Assembly: GCA_964525665.1 (NCBI GenBank) | Contig: CAZGKH010000002.1 | Location: forward strand, 1 to 30,309 | Length of the DNA stretch: 30,309 nt | From: an uncultured Anaerolineae bacterium | GTDB taxonomy: Bacteria > Chloroflexota > Anaerolineae > VGOG01 | Direction of reading: 5' to 3' | In this document: in pieces, positions 7,335-16,800 of the stretch | How positions within the stretch are numbered: the first letter of the stretch is position 1 | Layout of the letters: each line of letters opens with the position of its first letter | Notes under the pieces: model-generated | The model's database searches: none | The model's input: the letters and a program-made list of their open reading frames with translations, nothing else | Told to the model about the DNA's origin: nothing | Made by a program: the position numbers and the translations under genes

Positions 7335-7757
7335 ATGATGACTGTCCAAACTGTGACGCTGAATATGCCGAGTATTCTCTATGACCGGATCAAACATCGA
7401 GCGGAGCAGACGCATCGCTCTGTCGAAGCGGAATTGCTCGAAGCAGTGGCAAGGGCTGTGCCAGTGGCGGATGAACTGCCGCCGGATTTGGCTGAGACGA
7501 TTTCTCCCCTTGCTCACTTGGACGACGGGACTCTGCAACGTGCTGCCCGCAGTCATTTCCCCACCGAAAAAGCAACCGAGCTAGAAGCGTTGCACCTCAA
7601 GCGTCAAGACGAAGGGCTGACTGAAGATGGAGCGCAAAGAGCAGCCGAGTTGACGCACCAGTATGAGCGAGCGATGCTTATCCGCGCGCAGGCAACGGCA
7701 TTGCTTATGCAGCGCGGTTACGATGTTTCTGCCCTGATTACGGCTGAGCCGGAATGA
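7335..7757 (+). CDS. Ribbon-helix-helix/Arc-like putative antitoxin paired with the HNH gene
   Basis: N-terminus TVTLNMPSILYDRIKHRAEQTHRSVEAEL. GAGGTG RBS. ATGA overlap with the HNH gene. Confidence 0.55.
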   Translation: MMTVQTVTLNMPSILYDRIKHRAEQTHRSVEAELLEAVARAVPVADELPPDLAETISPLAHLDDGTLQRAARSHFPTEKATELEALHLKRQDEGLTEDGAQRAAELTHQYERAMLIRAQATALLMQRGYDVSALITAEPE

Positions 7758-8179
7758 GCGAGTATATTCCCAAACCCTTGCGTGAGCGCGTCACCGTGCA
7801 AGCGCGACACCGCTGCGGCTACTGTCTGACATCCGAAGCGATTGTCGGCACACCAATGGAGATAGACCATATCGTCCCACGCTCGTTGGGTGGCCTGACC
7901 GAGGAAGACAACCTGTGGCTGGCGTGTTCGCTCTGCAACGAACACAAAGGCGTCCGCACGGTTGCGCTGGACCTGCTTACAGGCGAAATGGTGCCACTGT
8001 TCAACCCACGCCGTCAGGTCTGGCAAGAGCATTTCGAGTAGACAGCCGAGGGCGATCGCATCATTGGCTTGACAGCGATCGGACGCACAACATTCGTCGC
8101 ACTGAATCTGAACCGGCCATCGCTCGTCAAGGCACGTCAAGTATGGGTGGCGGCAGGCTGGCACCCGCCGAAAGACTAG
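7754..8179 (+). pseudogene. HNH endonuclease interrupted by an in-frame TAG
   Basis: RCGYC ... EIDHIVPRSLGG ... NLWLACSLCNEHKG. TAG at 8039-8041, after which the same frame continues TAEGDRIIGLTAIGRTTFVALNLNR...WVAAGWHPPKD to TAG 8177-8179. Confidence 0.8.
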
Positions 8180-8207
8180 AGGTTAGCTATCGGCTGCTCA
8201 TAGTGTC

Positions 8208-10163
8208 ATGGACAAACCAAAAGAGACGTACCATATCATCCTCAAGCCCTCGGGCAATCGAATAGAAGTCGGGGACGGCACGCTGCTGTCCGATGCCATT
8301 GACCAGGCACGTGTCCTGGACGGACAGTACAGGGCCGGGCTGGAACTCAACCTGCCCTGTGGCGGCCAGGGACGCTGCGGACGCTGCAAGGTGGTGGTCG
8401 AGGAAGGACAGGTCAAGCGTCGCTCCGTCAGCCGTCTCTCAAAGACGGAGCTGGAGCAGGGCTATGCTCTGGCCTGCCAGACCGTCATCGAGAGTGATCT
8501 GGCGGTCTTCATACCGCCACAGGAGGCGATCCTTCGCAAGCTGCCCAGCGAGAAGGAGGCCAAGAAGGTCATCACTCTGCCGGTGGAGTGTGACTGGCGG
8601 AAGAATCCAGTTCGCTCCTTCTTCCTGGAGATCGAGCCGCCCAGCCTGGCTGATAACACCACCGACTTCGAGCGTCTCAAGAGGGAGTTGGCCCGTCAAC
8701 ACGGTGTCAGGGGGCTGGTGGCTGACCTGCCCGTGATCAAGAAGCTGTCCCGCACCCTGCGAGACGCCGACTGGCGGGTGACCGCTGTCCTGGATATGAG
8801 CACCTGGGTCTCCCCCGATGGCCCTCCCCGGCTCATTGACCTGCGCCCCGGCGACCGCACGACGAGCTCCTGGGCAGTGGCCGTGGACATCGGCACCACC
8901 TCCAATGTGGTCTATCTGGTCAACCTTTTGACCAGCGAGGTGGTGGACACGGCCGCGGAGTACAACGGCCAGATCTCCTGCGGCGAGGACGTCATCTCCC
9001 GCATCATCTACGCCACCAAGCAGGAAGGGGGCTTAGACCACTTGCAGCGGCTGGTAGTGCAGACCATAAACGGACTCATTGATGAGTTGGTTGAGCGCAA
9101 CGGGATAGACGCGGCAGAGATTGACAAGATGACGGTGGCTGGCAACACCACCATGATCCACCTCTTTCTGGGCCTCTGGCCGGAGTCCATCCGCCTTGAA
9201 CCCTACGCGCCCACCATCAACCACCCGCTGCCCGTCAAGGCGTATGAGTTGGGCTTGCACATCAATCCCGAAGCCACGGTGGACTGCCTGCCCGGCGTGG
9301 GCGCCTACGTGGGGGCTGATACCACGGCGGGTGTTCTCAGCTCCCTCATGTATCAGACAGAGGCGTTGACGCTCTTCATTGACGTGGGCACCAATGGAGA
9401 GATAGTGTTGGGCAACTTCGATTGGCTTCTGTCCTGTGCCTGTTCGGCTGGCCCAGCCTTTGAGGGCGCAGGGGTGCAGTCAGGGATGAGAGCAACAATA
9501 GGAGCCGTCGAAGAGGTATGGATCAACACCAGGACTTACGAACCGACCTACCGGGTCATTGGCGATGTGCCTCCGCGAGGCATCTGCGGCTCAGGGATGA
9601 TCTCGCTGCTGGCGGAGATGTTCATCACCGGCATCGTTGATAAGGGTGGCAAGGTCAACCAGAGCCTGGACACGCCGAGGGTGCGTGTCGGTGAACATGG
9701 CCCGGAGTACGTGGTTGCCTGGGCCGAGGAGACGCGACGTAAGGCCAAGGACGTGGTGATTACCGAGGTGGACATCACCAATCTGATACGGGCCAAGGCA
9801 GCCTTCTACGCCGGTTTCTCGGTACTGACCCGCAGCGTGGGTTTGCAGTTGGCCGAGGTAGAGCAGGTGCTCATCGGCGGGGCCTTTGGCCAATACATCA
9901 ACGTGGAGAAGGCCATCCAGATCGGGCTGCTGCCGGACATGCCCTGGGAACGCTTCAAGTATCTGGGCAATACCTCGGCTATGGGGGCTTACACGGCCCT
10001 CCTATGCCCCGACATGCGCCAGGAGGTGATGGACATTGCCAGCAAGATGACCTACCTGGAACTGTCGGCCGATAACACCTTCATGGACGAGTTCATCAAG
10101 GCCCTATTCCTGCCCCATACTGACCTGGCCAGTTTCCCGTCGGTGGTCAGGCTGCTGGGCTAG
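8208..10163 (+). CDS. acsV: ASKHA-domain corrinoid reductive activator (RACo/DUF4445) with N-terminal 2Fe-2S ferredoxin
   Basis: LPCGGQGRCGRCKV...LACQ, VDIGTTS, FIDVGTNGEIVLG, CSAGPAFEG, GICGSG and IGGAFGQYI. Located in the acs cluster. Confidence 0.92.
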   Translation: MDKPKETYHIILKPSGNRIEVGDGTLLSDAIDQARVLDGQYRAGLELNLPCGGQGRCGRCKVVVEEGQVKRRSVSRLSKTELEQGYALACQTVIESDLAVFIPPQEAILRKLPSEKEAKKVITLPVECDWRKNPVRSFFLEIEPPSLADNTTDFERLKRELARQHGVRGLVADLPVIKKLSRTLRDADWRVTAVLDMSTWVSPDGPPRLIDLRPGDRTTSSWAVAVDIGTTSNVVYLVNLLTSEVVDTAAEYNGQISCGEDVISRIIYATKQEGGLDHLQRLVVQTINGLIDELVERNGIDAAEIDKMTVAGNTTMIHLFLGLWPESIRLEPYAPTINHPLPVKAYELGLHINPEATVDCLPGVGAYVGADTTAGVLSSLMYQTEALTLFIDVGTNGEIVLGNFDWLLSCACSAGPAFEGAGVQSGMRATIGAVEEVWINTRTYEPTYRVIGDVPPRGICGSGMISLLAEMFITGIVDKGGKVNQSLDTPRVRVGEHGPEYVVAWAEETRRKAKDVVITEVDITNLIRAKAAFYAGFSVLTRSVGLQLAEVEQVLIGGAFGQYINVEKAIQIGLLPDMPWERFKYLGNTSAMGAYTALLCPDMRQEVMDIASKMTYLELSADNTFMDEFIKALFLPHTDLASFPSVVRLLG

Positions 10164-10164
10164 A

Positions 10165-10228
10165 GATTAGAGGTTGGAGATTGGAGGTTGGAACGTCCAG
10201 CTTCCAATCTCCAACTTCCAACATCCAA
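10165..10228. repeat. Intergenic inverted 7-mer array (GGTTGGA ... CTCCAAC family)
   Basis: gattaga ggttgga gattgga ggttgga (10165-10192) faces cttccaa tctccaa cttccaa catccaa (10201-10228). Followed by caaaggaggataa (10229-10241). Confidence 0.85.
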
Positions 10229-10242
10229 CAAAGGAGGATAAC

Positions 10243-11172
10243 GTGTACATCATTGGCGAGAACATCCAGATCATATCCAATGTGGTGAAAAAGGCCGTAG
10301 GTGAGAGGGATGCCAAGCCTCTCCAGGAACTGGCCAAGAGGCAGGTCGAGGGAGGGGCTCAGATGATTGATCTCAACATCGGCCGGCGCAAGAAGGACGG
10401 GCACGAGGTCATGCCCTGGCTGGTCGAGGCCATCCACGAAGTGGCCCCCGACGCGGCCCTATCCCTGGACACCACCAACGCGGCGGCCATCGAAGCCGGC
10501 CTGAAACGCTGCCAAGAGCTGGGTATCGAGGCCATGATCAACTCTACCTCGGCCGATCCTGAGCGGTTGGAGGCGACCATGCCTCTGGCAGCAGAGTATG
10601 GTTCCAAGATCATCGCCCTCACTATGGAGAAAAGCATACCCGCCACAGCCGACGGCCGAGTGCAGTTGGCCATGGAGCTCATTTTGCCCAAGGCCATGGA
10701 GCTGGGAGTCCCCATGGAGAACGTCTACCTCGATCCGCTAGTAATGACAGTCAAAGGTATGCAAGATCATGCTCCGGAAAACCTCAATGCGATCCGCATG
10801 TTCAAGATCCTCAGCGATCCGCCACCCATGACCGTGGTGGGCCTGTCCAACGTGTCCAACAGTGTGCCGCACGAGAACCGCAGCCTGATCAATCGAACTT
10901 TCCTGGTGATGCTCCTGGCTGCCGGGCTTGACTCGGCCATCGCCGATCCCATGGACGAGGCCCAGAACGAGGTGATCCGCATTGTTGAGGAGCGGGACAC
11001 CAGCACCGCGGTAGGCCAGCTTGTGGTCAACCTCTACGACGCCACCGCCGCCATGGAGGAACTGGACCCATCCCTGGTGGACATGGGAGACCCCGACCAG
11101 GCGGCGATTTACAAGACCATTCAGATCCTGAATAACAAGGTAATCTATGCCGACTCCTATTTGAGGATGTGA
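10243..11172 (+). CDS. acsE: Methyltetrahydrofolate:corrinoid/iron-sulfur protein methyltransferase
   Basis: GTG 10243 after GGAGG. Pterin-binding barrel motifs YIIGENI, MIDLNIG, LSLDTTN, MINSTS, YLDPLV and GLSNVSNS. Confidence 0.9.
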   Translation: MYIIGENIQIISNVVKKAVGERDAKPLQELAKRQVEGGAQMIDLNIGRRKKDGHEVMPWLVEAIHEVAPDAALSLDTTNAAAIEAGLKRCQELGIEAMINSTSADPERLEATMPLAAEYGSKIIALTMEKSIPATADGRVQLAMELILPKAMELGVPMENVYLDPLVMTVKGMQDHAPENLNAIRMFKILSDPPPMTVVGLSNVSNSVPHENRSLINRTFLVMLLAAGLDSAIADPMDEAQNEVIRIVEERDTSTAVGQLVVNLYDATAAMEELDPSLVDMGDPDQAAIYKTIQILNNKVIYADSYLRM

Positions 11173-11173
11173 G

Positions 11174-11240
11174 GCAGCGGATATACAACTGACAAGCGGA
11201 TGAGGGGGCTTGCATCCGCTTATCCGTTTGCATCCGTTGC
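11174..11240. repeat. ~70-bp palindromic 'CGGATA/TATCCG' element, copy 2 (inverted relative to copy 1)
   Basis: gcagcggatatacaactgacaagcggatgagggggcttgcatccgcttatccgtttgcatccgttgc. Its reverse complement aligns with 3960-4028. Confidence 0.8.
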
Positions 11241-11257
11241 GGCGGATGGAGGTTTCC

Positions 11258-11821
11258 ATGATCACCGCACGTGTCTTGGACGGACAGCCCTCAGTCCTTT
11301 GGCCTGAGGACAAAGGGTACAGGGTAGGCATATTAACCGTTAGTGATAGCAGCTATCGTGGGGAGCGGGATGATTTGAGCGGGCCCCTCCTCCGCGAGAT
11401 GGCCGTTGAGCACCTGGGAGCCAAAGTGGAACTGCAGGCAGTGGTGCCCGATGAACTCGACATCATTAAAGACACGCTGATAGAGTGGGCCGACGAAGTG
11501 GGCCTTGACCTGATCCTCACCACTGGTGGAACCGGCTTTGCGCCTCGGGACGTTACGCCTGAGGCCACCAGGGAGGTTATTGAGCGGGAAGCGCCGGGAT
11601 TGGCTGAGACCATGCGGGCCAAGGGCCTGGAGATCACGCCCCATGCCATTCTCTCGCGCGCCGTAGCTGGCATCCGGGGCCGCACCGTTATCATCAACCT
11701 GCCGGGCAGCCCCAAAGCGGTGCGGGAGGACCTGGAGGCTATCTTGCCGGCCATCCCCCATGGGATCGAGTTGCTCAAAGGGGGGCTAGGGGGGCATGAG
11801 TATCGAGGCCACGGTGGTTGA
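11258..11821 (+). CDS. mog: Molybdopterin adenylyltransferase, MogA/MoaB family
   Basis: ATG 11258 after GGAGG. Motifs ILTVSD, DLSGP, LILTTGGTGFAPRDVTPEAT and IINLPGSPKAV. Confidence 0.9.
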   Translation: MITARVLDGQPSVLWPEDKGYRVGILTVSDSSYRGERDDLSGPLLREMAVEHLGAKVELQAVVPDELDIIKDTLIEWADEVGLDLILTTGGTGFAPRDVTPEATREVIEREAPGLAETMRAKGLEITPHAILSRAVAGIRGRTVIINLPGSPKAVREDLEAILPAIPHGIELLKGGLGGHEYRGHGG

Positions 11822-11842
11822 GTTGCTGTTTGCGCAACCTAA

Positions 11843-11877
11843 AACACCCCACATTGAAATCGTGGGGTGTTGCTTTT
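11843..11877 (+). terminator. Probable intrinsic terminator after mog
   Basis: Perfect 10-bp stem AACACCCCAC / GTGGGGTGTT with a 9-nt loop, followed by gcttttt. Confidence 0.65.
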
Positions 11878-11888
11878 TAGGGCCTCAC

Positions 11889-12032
11889 TACCGGACAGTT
11901 TTTGGAACACGAATGTCACGAATGAACGAATGACACGAATTCAGTCAAAAATTGATAGAAAAACATTCGTGAGATTCGCATATTCGTGCTATTCGTGATT
12001 AAAGCCTGCGCGTTTGGCAAAAGTGTCCGGTA
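11889..12032. mobile_element. ~140-bp MITE-like element with terminal inverted repeats, flanked by TA
   Basis: TA|CCGGACAGTTTT ... AAAAGTGTCCGG|TA (11 of 12 match). Internal facing arrays of (a)cacgaat and attcgtg. Confidence 0.65.
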
Positions 12033-12060
12033 CTGAATTTAGGGCTAACCTTCGCAAAGC

Positions 12061-12582
12061 TCAGGTGTACCTGATCACCTCGAAGCGGTAGAGTTCAATC
12101 GCTTCGTCGGGCCTTATGCCGGCCTTACGACGGGCGATGTCTACCTGGTACTCCACCGTGTCCACCCCCTCCAGATCTGGCAGGAGGAGTCCCCTTCGCC
12201 AATCCGTGGCGCTTCTCACGATGACGCCATAGCGTTTGGGATCCAGTTCCTCCAGGCCGTCCACCGGCTCAGGCTCTCCGAGGACATCTACTTTGATCTC
12301 CAGGTTGGCCAGTTCCTCCGGCCCAATCGGTGGAAAGCGGGGATCGCGGGTGGCGGCGGAGATGGCGTTCTGGATCACCTCCTGGGCCACGTTGGCCTGA
12401 GTCGGCTCGATGGTGCCGATGCAGCCCCGCAGCATCCCGTGCTTGTGGATGGAGACAAAGGCGCCGGCCTGCTTTTCCATTTCCGACGCCAGTTCTTTTG
12501 GCGGCTGGATAGTCGTCCCTTGGCGGACGTAGTTTTCGATGGTATCTTTGGCTAGTTGGACAAGAGGATGTGAGGTTGGCAT
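12061..12582 (-). CDS. amrA: AmmeMemoRadiSam system protein A (AMMECR1 domain)
   Basis: [35 protein letters not shown] and [10 protein letters not shown]. Confidence 0.9.
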   Translation of the reverse strand: MPTSHPLVQLAKDTIENYVRQGTTIQPPKELASEMEKQAGAFVSIHKHGMLRGCIGTIEPTQANVAQEVIQNAISAATRDPRFPPIGPEELANLEIKVDVLGEPEPVDGLEELDPKRYGVIVRSATDWRRGLLLPDLEGVDTVEYQVDIARRKAGIRPDEAIELYRFEVIRYT

Positions 12583-12615
12583 GAGGACCCTCCTTAATTA
12601 CTGACTCTGACCATA

Positions 12616-12643
12616 ATTATACATTTCTTGTCCGTGTTGTCAA
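12616..12643 (-). promoter_or_regulatory. Sigma70-type promoter of amrA
   Basis: Minus strand TTGACA (12643-12638) - 16 nt - TATAAT (12621-12616). Confidence 0.65.
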
Positions 12644-12656
12644 TCGCCACAGGCAA

Positions 12657-13799
12657 CTACGGACCCAGCACCCGCCTGGCTATTACCAGCCTTTGGATCT
12701 GGCTCGTCCCCTCACCGATGGTGCACAGCCGCTGGTCTCGGTACATACGCTCCACGTCGTACTCCCTCATGTACCCATAGCCGCCGTGGATTTGAATGGC
12801 CTTGTGGCAGACTCGTTCCGCAGCTTCAGAGGCGTACATCTTGGCCATAGCTGCCTCTTTGGTGAACCGAGTGCCCTGGTCCTTGAGCCAGGCGGCGCGG
12901 TAGACCAAGAGCCGGGCAGCATCAATCTCAGTGGCCATCTCGGCGATCATCCACTGGATGGCCTGAAAGTTGGCGATGGGCTGACCGAACTGGACTCGCT
13001 CCTTGGAGTAAGCAACGGCCTTCTCGTAGGCGCCCTGGGCCAATCCCAACGCCATGCCCGCGATGGCGATGCGCCCCCCATCGAGGGTGACCAGGAACTG
13101 TTTGAAGCCCTCCCCCTCTTTGCCCAGGAGGTTCTCTTTGGGAACCCGGCAATCCTCGAAGAAGAGCGCGGAGGTGACTGAGCCTCTGATACCCATTTTC
13201 TCCTCTTTGCGCCCCGCACGAAAGCCCGGCGTACCCTTCTCCACGATGAAGCTGCTGATGCCTCGTGTGCCTTTTTCTGGGTCGGTCACGGCGGTTACTA
13301 TCGCCACTTCGGCTATAGGCCCGTTGGTGATGAACATCTTCTGACCGTTGATGACCCACTCGTCGCCATCTAGCACCGCCCGGGTCTTGGTCGCGCCCGC
13401 GTCGGAGCCCGCTTCCGGCTCCGTCAGGCCGAAAGCGCCTAGCTTCTCGCCCCTGGCCATGGGGACGAGGTACTTCTGTTTCTGCTCCTCGGTGCCGAAG
13501 AAGTAGATGGGCTCGCAGGCCAAAGACGTGTGGGCGTCCAGGGTCATGGCGGTGGAGCCGCACGCTCTGGCGATCTCCTCCATGGCGATGGCGAAGCTGA
13601 CGTTGTCGGCCCCGGCCCCGCCGTATTCCTCAGGGATGGGAAGGCCCAGCAAGCCCAGAGGGCCCATCTTGCGGATGGTCGGCCAGGGGAACTCCCCTTT
13701 CTCGTCTGTCTCCTGGGCGATGGGCGCGATTTCCTTCTCGGCGAAATCCCGCACCATTTTGCGGATCATCTGTTGCTCCTCGGTGAGTTCGAAGTTCAT
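12657..13799 (-). CDS. Acyl-CoA dehydrogenase (short-chain/butyryl-CoA type)
   Basis: GAFGLTEPEAGSDAG, WVINGQKMFITNG, LDGGRIAIA, RVQFGQPI, AIQIHGGYGY and IGEGTSQIQR. GGAGG RBS. Confidence 0.93.
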   Translation of the reverse strand: MNFELTEEQQMIRKMVRDFAEKEIAPIAQETDEKGEFPWPTIRKMGPLGLLGLPIPEEYGGAGADNVSFAIAMEEIARACGSTAMTLDAHTSLACEPIYFFGTEEQKQKYLVPMARGEKLGAFGLTEPEAGSDAGATKTRAVLDGDEWVINGQKMFITNGPIAEVAIVTAVTDPEKGTRGISSFIVEKGTPGFRAGRKEEKMGIRGSVTSALFFEDCRVPKENLLGKEGEGFKQFLVTLDGGRIAIAGMALGLAQGAYEKAVAYSKERVQFGQPIANFQAIQWMIAEMATEIDAARLLVYRAAWLKDQGTRFTKEAAMAKMYASEAAERVCHKAIQIHGGYGYMREYDVERMYRDQRLCTIGEGTSQIQRLVIARRVLGP

Positions 13800-13829
13800 C
13801 GCTAGTTCCTCCTTGGAAAGCGAATTGGT

Positions 13830-16800
13830 TCAGGGCGATACTGCTAACCCCTCAACAATCACTTTGTCGTCAACAACCTTCATCTCCTCGTCCAGCACCC
13901 GGAGGCGGGCCATAGTAGAGAGGAGATAGAGGCCGATCTCGATCTGGTATTCGCCTGGAGGCGCTTCGTAGGACAACTGCACTGAGTGGATGTCTTCGAC
14001 TATCTCTCCCTCCTTCCACTGGCTGGTGGGATAGGTGCCGTGGACAGGCCCGATGTCCTCCTGTCCCCAGATGCGCTGCTCCTGGTCTATGATGTGGACG
14101 AAAACAGTGTAGTCCTCGTCCATTCTCCGCAAGCCTTGCCAGGTGAGAGCAAGCTCCAGGGTCTCGCCGGGACGAAACTGCTGTCGGCGGTGTCCTGAGC
14201 CTGTCGAAGGGTCGAGGTCGTACCCTAGAAGTAGGATTTGGTTATCGAAATTGATGGCCGCATCGCCAGTCGGGGGCGCGCTGCGTACCTGGATGGGCCG
14301 CAGGGGGCACCAGTCGCTCAGGGGAGCCAGCCAGCGACTTCTCACCGGCAGCATCTCGCCCGAACCGTGGCTCAACCCGACCAGCAAACCAATCTCCCCG
14401 GCAGTCGAAGGCATGGTCAGGTCGTGGCTAGTCTGCACGATCTGCCCCACGCCCCAACGCGAAGTCGGATGCTCGCCGAAGAGGGGAGGGGAGGTCTCTT
14501 GCCACAGGGCCTTTCCGTTCCCATCAACCATTTGCAGGGTGACGTCGTAGTCCTCTGATCCCTCGCGCAGCCTTTGCCAGTAGAGGGTCAGAGTTGCCTG
14601 TCCGTTGGGTCGGACGAAGCTGGGCCGGTCGTAGCCCAGCAGAATCAACTCACCAGCAAAGCTGGCTCGCATGGGGTAGGGGATGTCGAGATCCTCCGGG
14701 GATTGCCAACCTTCTCCCTCCAGGACGTGAGCGCGGCCTATCTGGGCGGCAGACACTGCCTCCTCGCTGAAAGGTGGGAAAAGGCCCACTTCCAGTCTAT
14801 AGGTGCCAGGGGGCGTGGCCCCGCTGATAGCCAGCTCGTGGAAGTCGGGAACGATCTCCCCAGGGCGCCAGGCGACGGTTGGATAGTAGCCGTTTACGGG
14901 AGGGCGCCCCTCTTCCTCCAGCCAGACGTGGCCGTTGTCGCCCACCAGCCGCAGGCGAACATGATAATTGGCGTCTACTTTGTCCAGAGCCTGCCAGAAC
15001 AGGGTCAGGCGCAGATGACCCGGTGGCTTGATGGTCAAAGAATCTCTGTCGTAGCCCAGGAGACGAATGTTGTGTCCCAAGCCATCGGACTCAGGACTTA
15101 GGACTTCGGACTTAGGACTCCGGACTGTTGACGTGAGGGGTGTCGTACCCACTTCTACGAGGGGACCCAGAGAGCGCAAATGAAATCGCCACTCTAAGCC
15201 CGGCAGGTAGCGGGCCAAGTAGACTGGCTGATCCTGAGCCAGGCGGGTCTCCAATTGCTGGCGATAGCCCGCCTCGTCGCCCATGACGATGATGTCGAGA
15301 TCGGGCCGCATCCCCTCCACGCGCTGGAGGTAGTAAAGGGGAGCTATTTTCTCGCTATCGGCCAGGATCGCGGCCCCGGAGGGTAGATCCAGTCCCAGGA
15401 CGTATTGACCCCAGCGGTAGGCCTCCCAGCCGTGCTGGCTCATGTCCACCTGCGGGAGGTTGGTCCAGAGCAGGCTAAGCGGCAGGAGAGCAGCAAGGGA
15501 GCAAAGGAGCAGGGGAGCAAGAAAGTGAAAGTGTTGATTTGCTGATTTGCTGATTTGCTGACTTGCCCCGTGAAGCCCCGCACTGATCCAGATAGCGAAG
15601 ATCAGGTGGGCGGGGATGATGAAGGCCGAGATGTCGGGCACGTAGTAGTTGAGGCCGTAGATGAAGTAGGTGACATAAGCAACCAGCAGAAGAATGGCTT
15701 CCCGTCGTTTGTTCATAAGCAGCCAGACCAGTCCCAGCAGCCCCAGTCCCAACCCGACCCAACCGTACTGTTCCAGCATTAGACGGCCAAGTATGAGATA
15801 GCGCTCAGGGTCTTTGAGCCAGGCGTCCCAGTGGAGGGCACCGCGAAAACGGCTTCCCAGCACCAGGTTGGCAAATTCACTCAGAGATATGGACTGGCCG
15901 TGGAGGGCTGGCCAGCGCAGAGGGATGTAGAGGTATACCGACAGGCCCAGCAAGAAGAGGCCGGCTGTGATCAACATGGTTTTCAGGTTAGTGAAAAAAC
16001 GGCGCTTGGTAAGCAGTGAATAGATGAGTTTAGCCGGAGCCAGGAGGATCATCGTGAGATGGTTGGTCAAGCTGAGGCCGTAGACGAAGGCAATTTCGCC
16101 GATTCGCCGATTTGCCCCTCCAACCTCCAACCTCCAACCTCCAACTTCCAAAAGCAGATACAACACCAGAGCCACAAAGAACGCATTGAGCGTATACACT
16201 TCCGCGATCACCGCCTGCGACCAGAAGGTCCGTGAGAAGGCAAAGGTCAGGGCCGCCAGCAGGCTAACGACTCGATGGTGCGTCAGATGAGCCAGGCAGA
16301 GATAGAGGCAGACGACGGCCAAGCTAGCGAAGACGGGAGAGATGAGGTTAACCCGGTAGGCGACGTTGCCGATGGGGAGTAGAGTGAACAGCTTCCCCAG
16401 AAGGATGTATAGAGGGTAACCCGTGGGGTGAGCAATCCCCAAGGTGTGGGAGACGACCTGGAACTCGAAACTGTCGGCCTCGCCCAGTGTGGGCGAGAGG
16501 GTGCTCAGATAGACGGCGAAGGTCAGGGCCAAGAGACCTACGGGAATCGCTCTATCCACCCAACGCTGACGGACGACTCCCTTCCTGAGCAGGACTCCAA
16601 CTTTGAGGGCAATGACGATGAGGAGACAACTCCATAGTAGCACCTTAGCCTGCAGGGGGGTCACATCCCTTTGTACGAGGTAGATTAGTAGCAGTAAGAG
16701 GGGAGTGTAGGTGAGGGCGTCGTCGGCGAGGCTCTCATCCAGCGGTGTCTTGCCTCGTTTGGCGCAGGCTGCAGAATAAAGACGCCAGAAGGCGAGGATA

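Noticed and set aside
8039-8041. Pyrrolysine or TAG recoding in the HNH gene
   Set aside because: acsB, acsD, acsC and acsV all end in TAG. No pyl genes are in the window. The position fits a mutated Trp codon.
12061-12582. Complete AmmeMemoRadiSam system
   Set aside because: Only protein A is present. The Memo-like B and radical SAM partners are not in this window.
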